Assembly (NCBI RefSeq): GCF_009914755.1
Contig: NC_060929.1
DNA from: the human T2T-CHM13v2.0 reference genome, Homo sapiens
Strand: one strand, 5' to 3'
Length of the DNA stretch: 64,000 nt
Shown piece after piece: positions 27,911-40,735 of this stretch (position 1 is the stretch's first letter; each line of letters starts with the position of its first letter). The notes below the pieces were generated by a model, which was not told where the DNA came from, searched no databases, and saw nothing but the letters and a program-made list of their open reading frames with translations. Both the position numbers and the translations under genes were made by a program.

Positions 27911-30559
27911 CATGGGGCTGGGGAGGGGGAGTCCAGGAAGAGCAGTGCTTGGGCATGGCTCATGGGCTGCAGGACCTCCTGGTGACTCCCTTGTCCTTGC
28001 TTAGTGCAGAGAGTGCCTTGGAGGGGTAGGCTCCAATCTGTAGTGGCCAAGAGAGGCACCAATCGGCCTCCTTCATTGACTGGGCCTCTGTAGGGAGGCA
28101 GTGAGGCTCAGGGAGGAAGAGACTCTGTGGGGAGTTCCTGGGTTCTGCAATCAGGGTATAGAAGCTGAATCAGAACCTTCCTGTGGGACCCTGTACCTTG
28201 GAGATGGGGCCGGAAGTGGTCACTGAGTACAAGTCAAGCCCTGAGGCCAGGGCTTCCCCTAAGGCTTTCCCCTAAGAGGGGAAAGAGGACCTCGAAAGAG
28301 GCACTGAGAAAGCAAAGGCCAGAGGAGACACTTGGCAGGGCAGAGTCACCCCACAGGTTCCACAGGCTGGAGTACCATAGGCCCCGGCCCCCATATCTTG
28401 GAGATCTCTGGACACTACTCCCAATGGTTTGAGCACATTCAAAACTCTAAAGAACTGGATGTTCAGATGTTTTTGACACAAGCTACAGAGAATTGGCCAA
28501 AGCCTTTAAGTGCTTCAAATGTAGTGTTTTCTAAGATTTTAAAACAAAATGTACCCAAGCATTTAATGAGATTATTTTAATGCAGAGCCTACAACCACTG
28601 TCTATCGTGGTGCAAACAGCTCTCCATGCTAATCAAACGCCTCTCATCTTTTTACAATGAATTCATGACTGGTTCATATAAAGACAATAAAAATTAAATG
28701 AGTCATGAGCTCCTAAATCATTTTCTTTTGGTCTTTTTAATAACTCCCTTCCAAAGAAGAGCTAGCTGAGAGCATACGCTTCATTAGAATTATTTGTTCC
28801 TGGTTTTATACCATTTAGGTATGGGGAGAAAAGTGAACATTTTAACACATCCTTCAAACACTGCCACAAATACTTTCTTCTAATGGGTTTTGTTTTTTGC
28901 TTTTATCACCGTACTCTGCCTGCCGACATTAGAAAGCCCCAAATAGCGAGATTCAGTGAAAAAAAAACCCAAAACAAAAAAGAGTGGCTCTTTCAAGTCA
29001 TTTGAAATATACTGAGTTTGTTGTAGGCCTTTTTGTTTTTTCTGTTTTTTTAAAAAAGAATACAATAGAAAAATGTTTTCTCTCCCTGAGAATATCCTGG
29101 CTAAACAATTCCACGTGCTGGTCTCAGAGCATGTTGCTTCCTTCCTTGCTGGGGCCAGAGGCCAGCAGCCAGTAAGAATAGGAGCTCCACACACAGGGAC
29201 CCATATCCAATTTGATACATTCCACTGGGGCCTGGGAACTACAGACAGCCCCACAGCAAAGATTTGGAATTGCTGGGGGCTAGATATTATGTCCCACAAG
29301 CAAGAAACCCAGAGAGCTCTGGGCCAGGGCATGTAGGTGGCTGTAGGCCCATGGGCAAGTTCTCCACTCATCTGAATGAGTTAACCCCACGTGCCTCATG
29401 GGGCAGGGGTATGGGATGAGCTGATGCTTATGACCTCACAACCGGCACGGAGCCTGCACCGTGTATGAATGGTAACAACACTGGCAACAACACTTGTGAT
29501 GGTTCAACCCAACAGCCATTACCTGTGACTTTTGAGATGCCCTGTCCCTGTTTCTGCCCGTTCCTGTCTCCTGGCCCTCAGGATCATAAAGGACAGTGAG
29601 GAAGACAGTTATGAGATGAAGGGTGGGTGACATTGTTGAGGCAGGATGTGCCGACTAGGTTTGGGGACAGTCACTTCACCCTCCGAGTGGCCGCTGTGCA
29701 GGCTGGGTGGTCAGAGAAGCAGAGGGCTGAGGCCCAGAATGGGTTTGCATGTTCTGTTTCTGCAGAAAGTGAGGCAGCACCCCATCCTTCCCAACCCCAA
29801 TACCTAGAATGGGGGCCAGAGTAGGGAGGGAATGTGTGGATCTGCTTCTGAGATGGGTCTCACCCCAGCCCCCAAAGCCTGGACCTGAGTCCCCAGGAGA
29901 CAGGGGCTACAGGGGAATCTCACCAGGGAATGGCCCCTTGTGGGGGCCCCACAGCAGGGGCTGGGGGCAAAGTCTCCCCTTCTACCAGACACAAGCACAG
30001 GCACACTCCTGGGGGCCGCCTGGCCCAGGCCCAGGTCATGCCGAGCACAGGGTGCTGCTGGTGGCCACGCCTCTGCTTAGCTTCTGAGGTGGGGGCAGTG
30101 GGCTGTGCCTCCTCAAGGACTGAGGTGAGTGGGGACACAGGGCCAGGTCAGAAGCACATCCAGACACACAGCTGCTTCAGTAACGAAACCCACAGTCAGC
30201 CAGGAAGTAAACAAATTACAGGCTGCACTTTGTTAGCTCTGGGGAACATGAACGTGAGCAGACACTACTGATTTCTCATCAAACAAACAGAAGGCGGCGT
30301 CATAATCCAGAGACCCACTGCCAGGAGGGGCTGCAGCATGTGCCCTGGGCTGCTGATCTGCTGGGGTGCACCTGTCTTTGGGGGCCTTACACCATTCGTC
30401 CATAATTCTAGCCTCTGCTCAGTGGTGGATTTGTTTTCCCTCTTACAAGCTGGGCTGGGTAAGGCTAAAGCCTCCTGCAAGGCAGTGGCTCAGGTGTCCT
30501 TAGGAGACATACCAGGTCCAGGCCCAGGCTGAACTTCCTGACAACCTTAAGAAGGCAAA

Positions 30560-30863
<304 letters not shown>

Positions 30864-32498
30864 GGCAAAGTGAAGACATCATGAACTGAACCACTGCCCC
30901 ATCAGGGGAGCCTTGGGTGGAAGCCAGGGAGACCCTGGGGCACTGCTGCACTCCAGATGTGCCATTGGGGAAGTTAGAGAGGAGGAAGACTCAGAAAACA
31001 TCAACAAGGCTCCCCTCACTTCTGGACCCTCTGTTATGTGAACTCCCTCTTGGATGCATGTTTAATCTTAGGCTGGAAAAGGCGCTCCAGACTCTTGCAG
31101 CACACACATCTGACCCTGTCACTCCCCCATCAAACATCTGCGCTTCCCCACTGCCCACAGGGCAATTGCTAAGACTCTTAATGTTAATATTCAAGGACCT
31201 TTATGTTCTAGCCCCAGTCTGTCCCTATACACTTCTTTCTCACTCGCTTATTCCTGTCTCCTGAAGCCCCAGTCAGAAGGGCTCCTTTCTCTTGCCCCCA
31301 GAACAGTTGTTAGTGGTTACTTCGCCTCCCTGGAGGCTGCGGACAGTGTCTTTGTTCTCTACTCTGGTACGGAGCTTGTGACTCTCAGGCACTTAGCAAG
31401 TGAGTCAACCCAAATGATGACTCCCCATGTACGCCACCTGGATGGGCCACACACGATTGGGTGACTCATAAGTGCTTCTGAGAGCAACATTACTCGCTGC
31501 AAAATCTGACTGGCTCCTTCTTACTTGGCTCCAGGCGAGAGGGGTACATTTACTTTCTGATCAAATATTATTCTGATGCTCAGGGCATGCTTGATGTTTG
31601 CAAGTCAGAAAAGTTTAATTACATGTGTCATTAGAATGGCATTCTGTAATAGCTCTGTGACTGAATTCATTAATAGAATTCTTAACAGATAAGACAAATT
31701 AATATTTTGTTGCTCACGAAAGCTTCTCATTAAGAGAGTAGTGAAAAAGTGGTTAATATTTTGTTGCCAATCAAGATGTCTCATACAAACGACAAAGAAA
31801 GGAGGCCCACGCTCCTTCGTGCTCTGTGATCTCCCCGCCTTGGGTTTTGAAGGCCGATCAGCTTGCCCCCGTGCAGCCGTGTTTGGGAGTCACCACTGAT
31901 TACAATGCCGGTGATCGTATTTCATCTCCCACTGCCGTGGGGTGAACGTGGCCACTGAGACACCTCAGGCTGAGGGACTCTGGGAGCCTCATCAACCCCA
32001 GAATCTTTGCTGCATCAGTGTTGCACTCCTGGGCTGTTCTCCCCTAATTCTTGCTTCAAAAATGCAAGTGAATCCCGATGACCTGGCTTTAGCCCCCTTC
32101 AGCCTGATTTCTTCTAAGGTTTGCTTTCCACACCGTCCCAAGTGGGCCTACTGCTTATGAGCACCTCTTGTGTGCCAGGCACTGAGCTGGGTCCTTGGTA
32201 CACTTCAGCCTGAAAATGCCCATGTAAGGAGCACATCATGCTTTTTCTCCACAGGCTCAGAGAAGTCCAACAGCTCACCCGAAGCTGCTCTGGATTTGCT
32301 GGAGGCAGAGAAGCAGTGCCTCCCTCCCTGCGTGAGTCAAGGCTGACGTGGACAGTGAGACCTCCGTCCCCACTGCGAGCAGCGGGGGGCATGCCAAGGT
32401 CCTATCTGCCTGACTAGGGAGCCTCACCCAGCTGTTGCTGGCTGCTTGGTGGGGACTCAGGCTGCAAGCTGCTGAGAATATTATTTAGCAGCAGCAGG

Positions 32499-32760
32499 AA
32501 TAATAATACAATAATAATATTAATGATAGTAACAATAGTAATGATGACAGTGATAATAGCATTTATAGAACACCATACGTGAAGAGCCTTACATGCATAT
32601 TGTCATTTAGTCCTTACTGGAACCCTATGAGGCTGGTACCATTATTTATCCCCATTTCACAGAAGGGAAAACTGGAGCTTAGAGCAGTCAAGGTTACTAG
32701 ACTAGTAACTTTCCAAGGTTCTAGTTAGTAAGTGGCAGACCCCAGGCTCATGCCCTTCCC
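32499..32760 (+). mobile_element. Degenerate (AAT)n tract followed by MIR
   Basis: aataataatacaataataatattaatgatagtaacaatagtaatgatgac, then agcatttatagaacacc...attatttatccccatttcacagaagggaaactggagcttagag. Confidence 0.75.
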
Positions 32761-34711
32761 TAGGAAGCTGTGCCGCCTCCTTCCCTCAGGTAGGGGAGGT
32801 GTGCGTGTGTTTTGTGTGTTTGTACACATCGGGCTTGGACCCCTGCGGGGCTGGTGCTGCCCTGCTCCCTCGTGTAGGGGGTTCTGAGAAGCACTGGGCC
32901 CTGCCTATTTGCGGGCTACTGACTCAACCACGAGCAGCAAGTGTTTCCTGGGAGATAATGAGGGGCCATTCATCTCTGGTTGCACCCACAATTACCCAAA
33001 TTGCTAACCTTATTGTGAAAAGTAGAAATGCAATTGAGTTGGTGCTGGAGGCATGTTTGAGGGAGAGGAAGACCACTCAAAGTAATTTAATTAACTGATG
33101 GCAAGTACATTAAGTGGAGTTTTGCCTCTGCTTTTATTTCTGATGTCTTTCAGTGGAGCGCCAAGTAATGCACATGAAATGCTCCCACAGACACAGGTGG
33201 AGCTGTCCCAGTACTGATCAATCTTTCCTGGCCAAACATGTTTAAAAGCTGGCACTGCACCTTGTGAGCAGGTACAGTAGAGGACATCACACTCACAAAC
33301 ATGCACCCCAACACAGTCCAGTCTTTACAGATAGGACACTGCTCTTTCTTGCTAAGTTCTCAGACAAGCCCTGGCCATCGCAGGCCCAGAAAATGAAGGG
33401 TTCTGCCCATCCAGCATCTGTCCAGCAAGCACCCACCAGGATTGTGCTGCATTGACATTCAAAATTGTATAGGATACTGGCTATGTTCACCATGGTGGGA
33501 AATCACAAGAAAACAATCCTGTCCAGTGTGACAAGGCTAGGGGAAGGGCACTCCTTGGCAGCTCTGCCCAGGGTAGAACCTCCAGAGTGGCCCCCTCTTT
33601 CCATCTGCTTCCCCCATGACCCCCAGGGTGTAGCTGAAGGGGCCTAGAGAGTAGGAGAGGACTAACTTTGGTGGTTCCTGCAGCATTTCATGCTGGGTCT
33701 CTCTCCCCACAAGTCTCAGAGTTGGAAGGGACCTCCAAGGTCACTGGGTTTAGCTGCCCTCTTGTGGCTAGCAGCATTGCTGACCACAGTCCCTGCCTGA
33801 GCTTGCATATGCCCCTTGGGATAAGGAGCTCAGCGCCTCCTGTGGCGGCTCTGTCTCCATGGTGGGGCAGGTTTGATGGCTGGAATGGGGTTCCATCTAA
33901 GGAGCCCAAATTGATCTCCTTTTGAGGTGCACCTTGTGCTAGTCCAACTCAGGGGGTCACACAGCCCAGGTCAGCTCCCTTTGCCCCAGCCCCTACCCCA
34001 CCACCTTCGAGATGTTAGCAGGAACTGACCATTCATCCCATGGGTCTTTCTTTTCTGGGCAAGCATCCCACTGTGGACCAGCTGTCCTGTCCTGAGCCAA
34101 CAAGGCTAAGGCTGCCCTCTCTTCTGCATGAAAATTATATTCCAGTTACTGTAACCTAAGACCCGTCAGCTGTCCTGGCAGCTCACTACATGGGTGACAT
34201 CACTCTGTCTTCTCACATGAACTTCTGGGAAGCCACATCACCTCTTGTGCCAAACCTGGACCAATAAATATCCTTGAATTATGCCACTTCTTTAAGTCTA
34301 ATAGAAGGGAAGTATTGCTAACGTTTTTCTTATAGATTAATTCATTGAGGATCGGCAGGTTAAGAAATTACTCAAAGTCACAAAGCTGACGTGGGTGATG
34401 CTGGGACCCCAACGGAGGCTGCCTGGTTCCTCAGGGCACAGACGTACCCCCTGATGGCCACACTAGGCTGCATGAGCTCAGTTGCTTTCTTCTTCCACAC
34501 AGCACCACTTAACTCATCACACCCTCATTCCCTTACCCAGCAATGAACGTCCCCAAGGTGGGTCCCCTCTGGCCTGACCTGGTTTCCCTCTACCTTCTCA
34601 TCTGGCACCTGGCATTTGTCTTCCAGCCAACCCAGCCCAGTGGCTCACCTCTGCCCTCCACAGGGACCACCCCTTCCCTGCACACAGCTGTCTACAGCCT
34701 ACCCAGCACTA

Positions 34712-35356
<645 letters not shown>

Positions 35357-37139
35357 TCAAGGTGAATAGCCATGAATTTCCTGGGTGGAAGAGGCCCAGA
35401 AGGGCTTCACGACTCCCTGAAAATTGTTTACAATGTGCTGACTAAATGTAGAGATAGACACTTTTGCTGGGCGAGGAGCCAAGACTTAGGTCAAATGCCC
35501 AAAAGGCTATGTGAGTCCAAACAGGTCAAAAACCATAAGTAATGTGCTGAGGACAATCTGGGCCATAGATTTGTGTCAAGCCAAGAATGTGGGCTGCGAA
35601 GGCCAGGGGGCCCACCACAGAGAGACCGGGGGGCAGGGGTGCAGCGCCCTGCTCACAGCTCCCCTGGCCTATTGGAGTCTGGGCCTTGCTAAGTGCAGAC
35701 AAGGTCTGCTGAGTGAGCTAACAAGTTTCTCATCCATCTGGGGTCAGTTTTAAAGGTTGCGCTGTCTGAAGTCTGGGGAATGAACTGGCTGATCTTTGAA
35801 GGTTTGTTTCTGTCTAAGGATTCGCTGAACTTGGATTTGGATTTCTGTCCTATGAAAATGCACTGTAGCTTTTAATTTTTTGAAGAATACTTCAGGCTGC
35901 AGAAACTATTAATCCTTGCCATTTTGAACTTGATAACTGGCATTAGGACTGATCATTCTTCAGGCAAATGGGAAGAATCTAAGATAGTTCTCTGCAATCA
36001 CAAGCTTTTTGAAATTCTCAGGATTTATGAAAAAATTAATCAAACTCAGGCTGCTCAAATGACCAAATGGGATCAGGCTTTGGGGGACAGTCAGCGGCCC
36101 ACTGATGGGACTGGCTCCCTTTTGCTCTTCCCCCAAATCTGTGCACTCAGGGAGGCTGGGGCAATAGCCAGAGGTGGCATGAGCTGAGGGAAGCAGGCTG
36201 GCTCTCGGTGCAGTGGGTACTATTTTGTCTATTCCCTATTCATGCTTACGACTCTATTGGGACCTGGGGGACCCCAACAGATGTATCCCCCTGAACTGGA
36301 ACGAAGCAGAGTTGGGAGCTGAGCTCTGCTATTCTGCGGGACGCTTGTGAGCTGTGACCAGGCAGCAGCAGCCCCGCAGGCAGCACATCTGTGCTCACAC
36401 CCTCTTGCCCGTGTGTGTGGGAGAGGGGAAGAGGGAGCGAAAACAGCCGCAGGTGCAAGGCACAGCAGAGCAGCTGAATTGAAACAGGGTCCTGAGGTCA
36501 GACCCTGAGCAGCAAAGCCCTCCTTCCTCCACAGATGCTGAGTGGCTCCGCCCTGGGCTCACAAAGATGAACAAGCTACGCTAGGTGCTTCATCAGTGCT
36601 GTTGGATGGATGGATGAGAAATGGAGAAAATGAAATAAAGAAGTAAAAGAGCCAATAGGCCGGTGGGGAGGGGACAATCACACACAGGAAAAATGTGACT
36701 AAGGTGAAGGAACCCTCAAGGAAAGATGAGCACCCAGTGATGGATGCAGACGCAACTGGCATAATATTTTACCAACAATAAAGTGATGCATTTCAAGTTC
36801 CCCCTTAAATCAAGTTCTGCTCACTACCCTCCCATCTCCGAGTCATGAGGCTTATTGCCCAGGGCAGGAGAGAGAAGGCACTAACTCTGTAGCATGACCC
36901 GGCCTTTGGAGAGGGGAAAGAGAGAGAATGAGAATTTGCTAAAATGGTTTAGCTCCCACCGTACTCTGCGGGTCTGTAGGACTCAGACCTCAGCATTCTC
37001 CCCAAGAGTAGAGGAGGCATCCTTTCCTCATCAGATGACCACGAGGCTCCCCTGGGCCACGAGGCTTTGTGCCGCTGCTCCTGCCACCTGGGGCAACCGC
37101 ATGTGTCTGGGCAGAGAGCCAGAACCACCTTGGCTCCTG

Positions 37140-37492
37140 GTATGGAAACAGGCCCAATTTTCCCAGATAACTGAAGCTTGAGAAACTTAAATTTGTTTCA
37201 TCTGAGTTCTTTTAACAGGAAACCAAACACCAGGCCTCCTAGATCACTGCATCCGGACAATGAGACACACCTGCTGCCTATTGACCATCTCCTGTCTTAC
37301 CCCTCCCTAATTCCCTGCTATCTAAACCCCGAACTTTAGTCAGAGAGATGGATTTGCAACCGGTCTCCCATTTCCAGGCTGATGTCATTGAGATTAAAGC
37401 CTTTCTTCCCTGGCAATATTCCATCCACTCAGTGATGGACTTTCTGTGAGGTGAACAACCAGACCTAGACCGAACCCCTGGTGTTCAGCAAC
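37140..37492 (+). mobile_element. ERV1 LTR (MER39-like)
   Basis: gaagcttgagaaacttaaatttgtttcatctgagttc...gagattaaagcctttcttccctggcaata...gacctagaccgaacccctggtgttcagcaaca (LTR-like CA end). Confidence 0.65.
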
Positions 37493-38069
37493 ATAATATC
37501 TGGACCTGAGAACTGCCTTGGGCTGCCAGACCAAGGTCCAAAGGGAAGTGCTCCTGGCCTCAAGGGGCATGGAGGCCAGTGGTGGCTGTGGGAGGCCTTG
37601 CTTGGGGGAATATCCTGACCCGCGAGTACACCAGACTGTGAGCCCAGATCATGAGCACACCCAGGGCTGAGCTCAGCTTCAAGTGACCTCAGACAGGGCA
37701 ACTCAGAGTCCCTTGCCGTGGGAAGTGAGGCCGCAGTGCACCACCACGCTGCTTCCCTGGACACTCAGAAGCCAGCCGGGGAGAGCAGCTGGGACGTGGG
37801 GTGGAAGCTAGAGACACAGAGCAGTTTTTAGACAGAGCACTACTTACGTGGACTGTTAAAATCGTCAGCTCGTGCTAATCTTTACAATGGATTGAGCATT
37901 TAGTTGTGCTTTTCTCCCATTGGGGTGAGGCTTGTAAAGTCAGGTTAGTTACAAAAGGAATCAGATTTTCCCTGCACGTCTGATCTGTGGTCAGACTAGA
38001 AGGAAAAGACCAATTGGGCCATCGGGGAGGGGCTCTTGGAGGCAGCAGCAGGGCTTCCCCTGGGCCCTA

Positions 38070-38285
38070 GAGATCCGCTTCTCAGGTGCGGCTCCCCAGC
38101 CACCTGTATCATATCTCTGGGGGTGGGTAATTAAAACACAGATTCTTGCCCCTCTGCCTCAGGCTGATGCAGATGCTCTGGTGGGCTGGATGGACATCCA
38201 GATTTTAACAAGTGGGCTGGGTGGACATCCAGATTTTAACAAGCATCCCAAGGGGTTCTATGATGGCCTGAGAACCACTGTGTTA
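38070..38285. mobile_element. MER5-like DNA element with an internal 31-bp duplication
   Basis: gcttctcaggtg...ttaaaacacagattc...gattttaacaagcatcccaaggggttctatgatggcctgagaaccactg. The duplicate spans 38181-38242. Confidence 0.65.
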
Positions 38286-39799
38286 CAAGATGAGAAGGGC
38301 TCTGGGTACATAGAGAGGGGGAATGCAGGTGGGAGACAGGGAGACGAGGCAGGTCTGGTAGGCTGGGGTTTCCTGGGGCTCTAGACACAAGGCTAGGAGC
38401 ATGGCCCCTCATTTGGAACATAGGACTGATGTGAAAGGTAGGATCCCTTCCTCCATGTGGCCCCAAAGTCATATATTCCAAGCGGCTCTAGAGAAAGGTC
38501 TGCAGGAGCCTCAAACATGGGGCTAATAGGAAACAAAAATCCAAGTGGGAGACGGAAGTCTTCTGTGTCCCTCCGGTCCTCTGCTGGCTGGGATAACTGG
38601 CTGCTGCATCCTCCCTGAGTTATTCCCAGCCATTTGCATGTAGAAGATGTGCACTTTGCGCAGGAAAAACTCGTGCAAAATTAGAATGTGTGAATACTGA
38701 TAGAACCATCGTAGTTCTGCTCCTGTCAGCTACATGAATATTAACCAAACAGCAAATATTTGGATCACTTAAAATTTAATTAAATGAATGTTTTATTGGA
38801 TTTAATTTGTGTCAATATTCCCCAGCTCCTTTCACAGTTCTGAAGGGATTTATGGCTACTGAGCCCTCTCCTTCCACCCTCACTCCCCGTTATTTCCTGG
38901 TCAACAAGCCTCCCCCTGGCGGGTCCTCCTTCCTTGCTAAATGGAAAGAGTAGGACTAAGTGGCTTCCCAGGGTGACTTCCAGGGAGAGTAAAAAATGAG
39001 ACAGCATCATGTGCTAGGCCCCGAGTGAGCAGGGCAGGCCACCTGGCCCCCAGGCCTGGCTCTGCTGCTGACAAGCTCAGTGGCCTTGGCAGCTCCCTTC
39101 CTGTCACTGGGCCTCAGTTTAGACATGGATACAATGAGGGCTTGGGCCCCCCTCGCTTTTGACTCGGAGCCGATTATTCTATGTTCATGCCCCTGGAGAC
39201 CCCCTGAGTCTTGCAAGTGCTCCCACTGCATCTTTTCTTGCCCCTAAGTGTCATCTGCCCCTGTTCTTTGCCCACTTACCCATGATGGTAAAAGTGACGC
39301 CTCAAGTGGCAGCACCAATGGGTGCCAAGTCCCACTAAGGCTTCCCTCCCGATACCCTTTGAGGACTCCCCTGCCCCATCCCAGGCCCCCTATAGCCTCC
39401 TTCATGGTCACCCCTCCAGTTTGCCCCTGCTGCCTGCAACTGTCTTGTTGCCACTGGCAGAACAAGGTACATCTCAGCCCTGCTCAACAGCTGTCAATGG
39501 CTCCCTATTACCCACAGATCACCACATAGAATCCAGAAGAGTCCCCAGTCTTGACCCTGCTGTGTCTCCAACATTATTTACCACTGTGCCAGCTGGCTCC
39601 CCATGGCATTTGTGTCTTCAGACCTCAGCGTGGGCCTGCTTGGCACCTGCTGCTCATCCATTCTGAGCTCCTCACACTATTGGCCCCTACCTCCAAGATG
39701 ACCTCATGGGATGTTTCTGGGACCCTGAAGTTTTAATGTAAAGAAACACTTGGACAGATATTAGGTGAAGAAGATTGAAAGAGACTGTCCTGGTGAATT

Positions 39800-40330
39800 T
39801 ATCAGAACTTTTTCAGGCTTAGTAACAGAAACACTCAGAAATGCTCAACTATTAATAGCTTAGGGGGAAAAAGGTGGTTTAGTTCCCACAATGGGAAATC
39901 TAAGGGAGGTGGAAGAGGTTGCAGGCATCCAGGGCCTTCGACAGTGGCATTCTCTACTTGGTTGCAAGATGTCCATTGGTGGCCCCACACTCACATTGTT
40001 TCTGTATGTGGGATCCCAGAGGAAGGGAACAAATCTTGCCTGAGAGCCCTGGAAAAAGCATGGGGGAGCTCTGATTGGCCACATACAGCTCCTGTGTTCT
40101 TCCCTGAAGCAAACACTGAGGGCAAGAGGACTGAGTATTGTGCAGGTGTGGGACTGATTGGCCCATCAGGCCTGGGCCGTGTGGCCACCTCCAGGGGCAG
40201 GGACTAGGTGTTTGGGCTGGGGTAAAATGGCTAATGGAAAGGGTATATTGGGCAGATTGACACCCTATGACCATCATAGGGATGCAGAGAGGGCCCCCTC
40301 CCTTCCCCCTATCTGCATCACAACTGCATC
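39800..40330 (-). mobile_element. Old MaLR LTR (MLT1J/K-like)
   Basis: tatcagaactttttcaggcttagtaacagaaacactcagaa...gagctctgattggcc...ggactgattggccc. Confidence 0.55.
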
Positions 40331-40718
40331 GGGAAGCCTGGGCATCGTGCGTGATCAGGGCAGATAGCCGCAGTCATACAGTGAAGACGGTAAGAATCGT
40401 CAGAACTGAAACCTGATTTAGGCTACTACAGTCTTGCCTCCACCCTGCGCCTTCTCTGGAGAGTGATGGGGGCAGCTTTCACAGGGAGGAGATGTGGCCC
40501 AACTAAGCAAACCCCATCATCCTGTTGAGCCTCACATCCTGATGGCGAGGGTCTGGAATTTGTGGAGATGGCCTTCTGTGTTCAGTGATCACACATCTCC
40601 TGAACCTCACCTGCGCTGGCCACATCTGCAGGGCTGTGGACCAGTTAAGCCCCAGGCCTGGTCTCTGCTCTGGTGGGGAGCCAGGCCACATGAGAGGAAG
40701 ATGAAGATGCCACATGCA

Positions 40719-40735
40719 GCCCTCTAGGGGGCAAC
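40719..40735. promoter_or_regulatory. Candidate CTCF motif, matching in both orientations
   Basis: Plus strand CCTCTAGGGGGCA and minus strand CCCCTAGAGGGC both fit CCNCYAGRKGGC. Motif match only. Confidence 0.45.
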
